From contig OX597834.1 of NCBI GenBank assembly GCA_951406725.2, positions 25,730,001-25,794,000 of the forward strand: a stretch of 64,000 nucleotides of DNA, given 5' to 3'. Positions 52,285 through 64,000 of the stretch are shown one piece after another; the stretch's first letter is position 1, and every line of letters begins with the position of its first letter. Made by a program: the position numbers and the translations under genes. This DNA is from Octopus vulgaris (taxonomy: Eukaryota). The notes under the pieces are model-generated. The model was given only the letters and a program-made list of their open reading frames with translations, had not been told where the DNA came from and ran no database searches.

Positions 52285-52505
52285 CCCTTTAGCATTTAAA
52301 CCGGCCATATCCGGCCAAAAGTATTCTGCCTGTTTTATGTTCAAACTGGCCAGATCTGGTCTCTCACACCAGCCCTACAATATCGTTTTAAAAAATTAAC
52401 AGCTACCTCATCAAAATCTCATAGCTACAAGATAATGCATGATTAGTTCAAAACAATGTGGATAAAAAACATTAATTTTGGCAGAATAATGCAAACACTA
52501 AAGGG
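52285..52505. mobile_element. piggyBac-type MITE family 1, young copy
   Basis: TTAA at 52281-52284 and 52506-52509; CCCTTTAG...CTAAAGGG termini; 221 bp. Confidence 0.92.
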
Positions 52506-53313
52506 TTAAAGCACTTCAAACACAAACAAAGCAATCTCTGTAGTTCCTTTAATATCTCTCTGTTCTTTGTGAAGGTGGGAAGACTTGAGTAAAAATTTTT
52601 GATCTTAAAAACTCTTAGATCTTTAGGAAAATTGACAGGAAATAAGGGAAAATATCATTATCAAAGTCTTGTGTCTTGTCTAACATATAACTGGTAGGAG
52701 TTCTGTGATATGTTACTAACTTCTGGTTGGTACCAAGGGAAGATGATGATCCTCACATGTGTAGATTAACACAGGTGACTTCAGATGAAACCAAATAATT
52801 CTAAATGTTAAAGGTTTTGAAGGGTGAGGCGTAAGACCCTGTAAAATGGTTACACTAGGTGAATGTAATTTTTTTAATTTTATTTGCCTTGGGTCAGTCT
52901 GTTTTGCAATTCCTTCCTGTGACAGAATTATACCTGGTTAACGAATTATAATTATCAATAGTGGAGTTTCACAGAAAATGTAGCAGTAGACTCTCAATAA
53001 ATAGGGTGAAGTGAGTTTTATTAATTAGTTGCTACTGGTTAGGCCCAGCTCAGTCCTGTTTAAATACACCAATGATTAAACATATTCCAGCAATGACCAC
53101 CATGTCTTTTGAAGAATGTATTCTAATTGTATTACCTAAGGTTTCCTTTCAACTTTTTCCTTTTAAACCACAAGGGTGTGATTTGAATATTATATGTAAT
53201 ATAATGCATGCAATATAATTTAATATATACTTGCATGTGTGTGTTCTCTTATTATTGTACTTGTTTCAGTCATTTGACTGTGGCCATGCTGGAGCATTGC
53301 TTTTAGTTGAACA

Positions 53314-55853
<2,540 letters not shown>

Positions 55854-58210
55854 AGCTGCTTTCCGTTTCACTAGCTTACAATTTTGTTATTGTTTAGTCC
55901 CAGGTCAGAACTAATTGAGTAGACCGATGACCAAATATAATATTCCATTTGCAACCCTCTTTCTGTTTTCTTCAGCCATAGCATATCTAAGACTAAATTG
56001 TACTAGGTCATTTCCTTTACGTGTGTGTGAAACAGTTGTGATTCGAGGGAGATTTGACTGCTATTTGTAATAGACGGAGCAATCATAGAAATTTCCTTAG
56101 CTCCTCTTGTAACTAATTAAATGGAAATTAAAAAAAAGAAAACAGTAACATCACGATAGCAATTTTTTGTTGTTGTTCTCTTAGTCATCTCTGGTCGAGC
56201 AGACCATCGTGGGAACCCATTCCAGCCATAACCACATCGTCTTTTCTAAGGGTTTTATGAACACACTATCTTATCAATCGCTTCCTTATTTAAGATGGCA
56301 GTATGTAATTTAGTCGAAGTTGGTTGTTATTTTTTGCAGCTCGAACGACCACATACTGACCACCCAACCCATCGACTTATTTATGTGTGCGTGTGTGTGT
56401 GTGGCGAATACGTATGAATAAAGAAATATAAAATAGAAAGGTATACGTCAGCCAAGGGCGGTAACTCTCAGTTCTACATTATTTGTTATCTCCAATGAAC
56501 GATGTGGCCGACTGGCGGGAAATTCAGAGCAGCAGACGGATATATCTTGCCGTATTTATTCATGCACCCTGTGTACAGAGTTCAAACCTTATCGAAGTCA
56601 CCATTTTGTCTTTTATTCTTCTGTGATGAGTCGATAAATTAAGTATATTAATTAAGTATTATGGGCAGTCCTCCTCTTCTTCTTCTTTGAAAAGTGTGGT
56701 GTGTCACCCATAGAACTGCCTTTCTCCAACAACTGGAGGATTGTTGAGCAAAGACTTGCAACACCTTCTCATTTAGTATGCAGCATAGACGCCTGTGAAC
56801 AAGACATAGACAGACCAGTGTATTGTAGAGCATGGAATTGTTAAATAAATAAACAAACAATTAATCTTAGTAATTTTATTCTATTAAATAATAATAATAA
56901 TAATAATGATAATGTGGAATCTAAAAACCGAAACAATCCCTATCATAGTAGGTGCATTAGGCATGATAAAATAATATTCTGATAAATAAATAACAAAAAC
57001 ACCAGGACATACAAATATATACAACATACAGAAAATTGTACTACTGGGCACTGCACACATCCTATGCAGAACACTTTCAATACAGTAACCATAAGAGCAT
57101 CACAGCAAACCACAGCACATACCCAATGCACACAGAGCTGCGCTCGATAGTGAAGTGAAAGCACGCTATAAAAATAAAACTACTGAATAATAATAATGAT
57201 AATAATAATTTTGGCACAAGGTCAGCATTTTCGGGGGAGGGGATAAGTCGATTACATCAACCTCAGTATTCAACTGGTACTTATTTTATCGACCCTGAAA
57301 AGATGAAAGGCAAAGTTGAACTCAGAACATAAAGATGGACAAAATGCTGCTAGGCATTTTGACCAGTGTGCTAATGATTCTGCCAGCTCACCCCTTTAGT
57401 AGGAGGAGGAGGAGACATAATAATGATAATGGCTGTTTTGTTCAACATCCTTAAACAACCCTTATTCAGGGACCTTTTGTGTGGGATGGGCCACTTGACC
57501 CTGCGTTGATCATCTTGATATGAGAATACCATGCTGCACACACATGGTTGTGATGCATGTGTCTGGTGTATCCTTATCAGACAAGCAGTCATGGGTGGGT
57601 ATATTGGGCTTCATTTATTTGCACCCTCATGTCACTTTGATGGCACGCACTGCTCTCTCACTCAATGATAATCCTGAACTTATTGTATACAGCGCTCAGA
57701 TTCACTACAGCTCATTAGAAAAAGCACACTCATTTATATATGTATATATATGAGAACATGTGTCATATACATACTCATACATATAATCGATAAAAAGGAC
57801 AAAGATCCTTCCTGAGTCATATGGACTCATAGGCTCATTTCCAATGTACATATATTTCCAGGACACTGGTCCTTTGCAACATTACTCATTTTTGCCAGCT
57901 GAGTGGATTGGATCGACATGAAAGGAAATGTTTGTTTTGCTCAAGAACACAACACATTGCTCAGTCCAAGAATCATAACCACAAGGGAAATCGTAATGGT
58001 CACCAGTGCCAGTGACAAGGAAAAGGCACCCACTACACTCTTGGAGTGGTTGGCACTAGAAAGGGCATCCAGACATAGAAATCAAACCAAATCAGACTGG
58101 AGCCTGCTACAGCTCTCTGGCTTACCAGTTCCAGTCAAACCGTCTAACCCATACCACCATAGAAAACAGATGCTAGATGATAATGATGATTATATTTATA
58201 TATATATATA

Positions 58211-58680
58211 TATAAAATAAGGGTAAAAGAAAAATTCTAATGCCAAATATGCTGAAAAAAAGACAATATTGTCTATAACCATTATGATTTATGCGTCTCG
58301 AAACATGCCGATAGAAATTTCTAAAAAATTTTGTTATTACCGTATTGGTCCCAATTTTTCCATGGGTATGAGTAAGTATTTCATTTATGTCTTACGTATT
58401 TATCGCTGACAAGGGGAAAATTCTTATGAATTAACTCCGAAATTGGGACCAATACGGTAATAACGAAATTTTTTAGAAATTTCTATCGGCATGTTTTGGG
58501 GTGCATAAATTATAATGGTTATAGACAATTTTGTCTTTTTTTCAGCATATTTGGCATTAGAATTTTTCTTTTGCCCTTATTTTATAAGTTGTTTATAAAT
58601 CTAACCTTTAAAGGTATTTTTTGATATGCTGGCCATTGATAACATTTTTTTCGAAAAATAATTTTATCCTACATTAGTTA
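58211..58680 (+). mobile_element. Penelope-like pseudo-LTR remnant: 147-bp inverted repeat, hammerhead motif and tail, within (TA)n
   Basis: Arms at 58211-58357 and 58440-58586; hammerhead core at 58400-58460; tail of about 90 bp; (TA)n on both sides. The Penelope assignment is inferred from architecture. Confidence 0.65.
58400..58460 (+). ncRNA. Type I hammerhead ribozyme motif with a G8-to-A core change
   Basis: Stem I TTATCG / CGGTAA; CTGACAA at 58406-58412; stem II GGGG-aa-AATTC-ttat-GAATT-aa-CTCC; GAAA at 58439-58442; stem III TTGG-ga-CCAA; AUA triplet ending at 58454. Confidence 0.68.
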
Positions 58681-60049
58681 TATATATATATATATATATA
58701 TATGAAAGATAGTATGACCAAGTTTTTAGAGCATTGAACTCATGATTGTAAGACTGTAGTTTTAATTCATGGACCAGGATCACTTCAATTCATTTTGCTC
58801 TGTGATCACTTCAACATCTAGCATGTGGCACACTATCTCCCTCACAGGAAATGTCATTTTGATACAAAGACTGAGCCAATGTACAGCACAAACATTTGAT
58901 CACTGTAAACAAATCATCTGTGCAGGTTGTTCAACAAGAAATTGCAGAACCGTCATATATTGTTTACAAAAGTGGTCCACCATATACACACACACAAATA
59001 TATATATATATATATTAAAAATAGGATAAAATCTTTATAAGAATTTATCAAGTAGTTAGCGTGAAAAACCTCATAAGAGAAAAATCTACCAATTTTTCTC
59101 TTAAATATATTTATATTATATAGAGGGCATTACTATACATAAATGCCACACGATAGGAGGGACTCTTAAAGCCTAATGGCCTAATGATCTTAAATGTTTA
59201 TGTGTTTGGGACCAGGCTTCTTTATAAACATGTAGTTTTGATTTTGGTTCACTGCATGATACCTTGAGCAAATATCTTCTTCCATAACATCGGGTTGTGA
59301 ATGGAGTTATTCCACAGTATTTCTCTGCTTGAAAAGGAGGACCAATTTTTACCTTACTATCCCTAAATTGGCTAATTTCAATATTACTATAAGAAATTCT
59401 CTTTATATGGAATCATTTTTTTAATCTTTAATCTCAGTCCTCATCATCATTTAACATCTGTTTTCCATGCTGACATGAATTGGACAGTTTGACCAGACCT
59501 AGTGAGTCAGTAGACTGTACCGACTTCCAGTGTCTGCTTTGGTATAGTTTCTACAACTGGATGCTCTTCCTAACACCAACCACTTCACTGAGTATACTGG
59601 GTACTTTTTGTGTAGCACCAGCACCAGTGGAGTTACCCAGTATCTCACAAGATAAGACCCCTCAACTGAGAAGATAAGGTGGTATAGACAGAGGTGGTTT
59701 TATGCTAAATGTTGAGAGGTTCAAGTATGGTAGAGGGGCAGAAACAGGAGAGATGGAGGGTGCTTGTCACAGATGATAGACAATACAAGAGATGGGAAGG
59801 AGAAGCTGGATCTCAGGATGACGACATTTCACAGATTACAACATGGTACAGTATCAATAGGAGTGGCAATCCATTGTGATGGTGGTGGTGGTGGTGGAGC
59901 TGGTTGGGCAGCTGTAGGGAAGCTTCTTCATTGGTTCAGATTCTGATGCAGTGGTTGGCACCATGAAAGGTATCCAGCTATAAATAACTCCACCAAACCA
60001 AATAGTTGTTCAATGAATGCCAAATAAAAACTATAGATATTTAACTGTT

Positions 60050-60271
60050 TATCAAGGTGGTGGTGGCAGTGGTGGTAGTGGTGGAATTAGTAGTAATAGC
60101 AGTGTGGTGATGATGGTATTGATGGTTGGGAGGGTGGATGATGGTGTTAACATTGATGGTGCTGATAATAATGATGGGGAGTGTGATGGTCGTAGTAGGG
60201 TTATAGCAGAGGCAATAGCACCAGTGGTGGTGGCATCGGTGGTGGAAACAGCTATGGTGGTAGTGGTGGTG

Positions 60272-60303
<32 letters not shown>

Positions 60304-60368
60304 GGTGGTGGTGGTAGTAGTTGTAGTAGTGGCAGTTGTGTTGGTGGTGGTGGTGGTGGTAGTGGTGT
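60050..60368. repeat. (GGT/AGT)n low-complexity tract
   Basis: Directly visible; gives the spurious poly-Val ORF. Confidence 0.9.
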
Positions 60369-61017
60369 AAGTTTCAATGGTGTGGGTTGAAGTGGTTAGC
60401 TACGATGGATGTCTTTGAACGGTGATGATGGTTTTTTTTTCTATTCACCTATTCCAAAACAAAAACAAAAAATACACACAAAAAAAAAGATACAAAAGCA
60501 ATCCTCCATTGTAGGCGTCGTCTATCAGTTAAATATTTACCAATGTTTTTTTGGTGAGGAGAACAAGTTTATTTTTGCATTTTCCTAATTTTTTTTTAAA
60601 CACCGTCTAACCACATTGCTAGGTTACCAACCAACTTACCAACCACTCCGATTCCAACTTTGTGTGTGTGTGTATGTGTGTGTGTGACTGCATTTCATTA
60701 TCATTGCCAGTATCATTTACCTGCACTTTTCCATGCTGAAATGGGTCGGACAGGTTTTCTAAAGCAGTGTTTTGGGGCTGGATACCCTTCCAATTGCCAT
60801 CCCTTTTAGTCTTCTGTTATCACACATAGGAATATAGTATAAAAAAAGGGTTACTATAGGGCACTGTAGCCTTCTGTATATGATGGGCTTTTTTTTTCAG
60901 TTTCCATCTACCAAATCCACTCAAAAAGCTTTGCTTAGCCCAGGGCTATAATAAAAGACATTTGTCCAAAGTACCACACAGTATGATTGAACCCAAGCCG
61001 TGTGGTTAGGAAGAAGC

Positions 61018-61439
61018 GGCAACCTGGCAGAAACGTTAGCACGTTGGGCGAAATGCTTAGTGGTATTTCGTCTGTTTTTACGTTCTGAGTTCAAATTCCA
61101 CCAAGGTCGACTTTGCCTTTCATCCTTTCGGGGTCGATTAAATAAGTACCAGTTATGCACTGGGGTCAATATAATCGACTTAATCCGTTTGTCTGTCCTT
61201 GTTTGTCCTATCTGTGTTTAGCCCCTTCTGGGTAGTAAAGAAATAGGTATTTCGTCTGCTGCTACATTCTGAGTTCAAATTCCACCAAGGTCGACTTTGC
61301 CTTTCATCCTTTCGGGGTTGATAAATAAAGTACCAGTTTCGCACTGGGGTCAATGTAATCGACTTAATCCCTTTGTCTGTCCTTGTTTGTCCCCTCTATG
61401 TTTAGCCCCTTGGGGGCAATAAAGAAATAAAAAAGAAAT
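61018..61439 (+). mobile_element. SINE family B 1.7-mer inserted in the head of a minus-strand SINE A
   Basis: AAGAAGC is duplicated on both sides; the SINE A head resumes at CAACTTCTTAACCAAGCAGCC. Confidence 0.85.
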
Positions 61440-63044
61440 AAGAAGCCAACTTCTTAACCAAGCAGCCATATCTGCACAGAACAAAATATATTTCAACTTT
61501 TCTCTGTGTATTTTGAAACCCCTGTAATTTATTTTGCTGGTATTTCTTAAACAAGACTTCAAACCCTCTGACAGTTTAGGAAGCAGGATTTTAATGTCAA
61601 GTTGTTGCAGTTAATTATTTGCTGAGTTTTATATTGTGACCATTTTGTGTATCGATTTAGGTAGAAAAACCTGTTTCGTACATGAATTTCTATGCATACT
61701 AATTCTGATATTAATTATTTTACATGTAAGATAGAAAACATAAAAGAATAAAAGAAAAATTGTTCCCTGGATTTTTAGGAATTTTTCACAAAATTAGCTT
61801 TGCTGTTGTTACTTACACAATATTGACTTTTTAGATGCGTTACTGAATATTTTGGTAATGCTAGGTACCAGACATGGGGTAGTCATAGCTGCAACACCTT
61901 TCATCATAAAATTCTTCTTGATCAGATTACAATGACTGTGAATCATGTCCTTGAACAAGTCACTTCATTTCATGTTACTTTAGTCTACTCAGCTGAAAAT
62001 GAATATCAAGTGTGTACTGGTGTTGCCCCCCCCCCCCACCAGCTGTCACATTCTGGGTGTCCTGTTTTGTCACGAGGGGTGGGGGCTGAATTGCTGAGAT
62101 ATCCTGAGATTCTGAAGTGCCGAGAGCAAGATGTAGCCAGTAAGAGATTTTAGTTATCTAGGACATTCACCCCCAGTTGTCTTGACCTAATTTTGCCACT
62201 TGATTGAAGACGGTCACGGACAAAAGAGTGAGGTTAATGGTGTGCAACTCTTCTTTATTTTAAACAGTCACTGCTCGTGACTACACAGGTGCCTAAAACA
62301 ATTAGTGAAGGCATGTTACCAGATTGTACTTACCTGTTGTTGTTGTTGTTAAGCAACAAGGCAGGTAAGGGTGATTAGGTGATAGTCTAAGGCTTTGGGG
62401 CGGGAGACCCCAGACCTTGGAAAAAAAAAAAAAAAACTTTGGTCGTCTTGTTGTAGTTGAGGGCTCTTCGTTGACACCCGACACCACTGGGAGGTGGCCC
62501 TCGAAGTCGCTGGAAATGGAGATCTCCAGGTCCAAATTCTTGAACGGTGTACTTACCTGTGAGTAACAGCTGGCTATACTGTGCCTCTCCTATTACATAT
62601 GTGTATGTGTGCATGTATCTGTACGTGTGTTTAGGTAAATGTGTGAACATGCATGTTTCTGTGTGTGTGTGTGTGTGTGTGTATTAGCAAAAGCTGTAAA
62701 TGCCAATGAGTAAAACTAATAAACTAGTTCTTTCAAACAACAATCTCTTGCATGATGTTTGTTCTGCACCAAATTACACAGACACCCATGCCAGCAAAGA
62801 AAGATGGATGTTAAATGATGATGTCAATAATGATGATGATGGCATTATCTTTTGTCATTCATAATATCATAAATACAGTAAACTAGTGACTGATCTGCTG
62901 GAAATCTGAAGCTAACAATGCTGCTCTGATCATTGGAGTCCCCACCCCAACTCACTATTCTCAAATCCGTTTTTACAGAACCTAATTTGATTGACGTTGT
63001 TAAACTAAATGGTAACTTATCACCATTTGTTGTCAGTGAGCACA

Positions 63045-63447
63045 TTCTCTTTTACTTGTTTCAGTCATTTGACTGCGGCCATGCTGGAGCACCGCCTTTA
63101 GTCGAGCAAATCGACCCCGGGATTTATTCTTTGTAAGCCCAGTACTTATTCTATCGGTCTCTTTTGCCGAGCCGCTAAGTGACGGGGACGTAAACACACC
63201 AGCATTGGTTGTCAAGCAATGCTAGGGGGACAAGCACAGACACACAAACGCATACACACACATACATATATATATATATACATATATACGACAGGCTTCT
63301 TTCAGTTTCCGTCTACCAAATCCACTCACAAGGCATTGGTCGGCCCGGGGCTATAGCAGAAGACACTTGCCCAAGATGCCACGCAGTGGGACTGAACCCG
63401 GAACCATGTGGTTGGTTAGCAAGCTACTTACCACACAGCCACTCCTG
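63045..63447 (-). mobile_element. SINE family A, full-length young copy
   Basis: Close reverse complement of 6660-7064. Confidence 0.88.
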
Positions 63448-64000
63448 GATACTTGCCTTAGGAATCTCACGTGTCCAGGGGCCCTGGAGTTAGCCTGTGT
63501 ATACAGTGGTAGTGCATGTGAAGACCGGATCTGATGGACTCTGCAGAAGAAACCTTTGTGGTTCAGCAGAAGTGAAAGTGGTTGCAGCCATGCATTGTAA
63601 AGTGCAGAGAGCAAGGTGAGGCAGAAAAAAAAATTTTAGTTATCTATCTATCCTCTGTCATCTTGACCTGGTCTTGCCACTGGATTGAAGATGGTCATAG
63701 ACAAGAGAGCGAGGCTAATGGTGCACAACTCTTCTTCACTCTAAACAATATCACTGCACAAGTCATCAGTCATCCTGAAGGATGACTAGATCATCATTGT
63801 CACTCTGATGAATGAATGTTGATGTAAGAGCCCAGTGCATTGCTATGCTTAGGGGTCAGTGATTCCATTAACATGGCCCTGATTTCTGACATGATGTTTC
63901 TGTGGGATGACGTCAGCAGCCGGGTGCATTGACCGGAAGCTGGGGCAACCGGAAGGGGTCAGCCGTCAGGCGTGCACAGGGAATTGCGCCCTTTCCAACG

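Noticed and set aside
58769-59029. Cys-containing ORF considered as a LIM exon
   Set aside because: No LIM Cys/His spacing and no convincing splice sites; lies between TA tracts like a repeat.

Overview
AT-rich, repeat-dense eukaryotic DNA, not prokaryotic. The SINE, RTE and microsatellite content strongly suggests an octopus or other coleoid cephalopod (inference, no database search). Three internal + strand exons (28781-28866, 36372-36543, 49898-50131) splice in frame into the Cys-rich N-terminus and PET domain of a LIMPETin/LIM-9/Limpet-like PET-LIM protein. I could not locate its start exon or LIM exons. The rest is intronic or intergenic: three tRNA-derived SINE families (called A, B and C here), 5'-truncated RTE and CR1-type LINE ends, TTAA-flanked piggyBac-type MITEs, hAT and mariner-type MITEs, two non-autonomous Helitrons and many microsatellites. 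Main findings: (1) three hammerhead-ribozyme motifs in microsatellite-embedded, partly inverted-repeat elements resembling Penelope-like pseudo-LTRs; (2) an inverted duplication bracketing the symmetric PET exon, with an internal (TA)n of about 40 bp in one arm and about 2.5 kb in the other; (3) two internally dissimilar piggyBac MITE families sharing a 221-bp length and a phased CCGGCC-N4-CCGGC motif; (4) a LINE-SINE shared 3' stem-loop with compensatory changes. Nearly all ORFs in the supplied track are spurious. Repeat boundaries are approximate unless a TSD or TIR is quoted.
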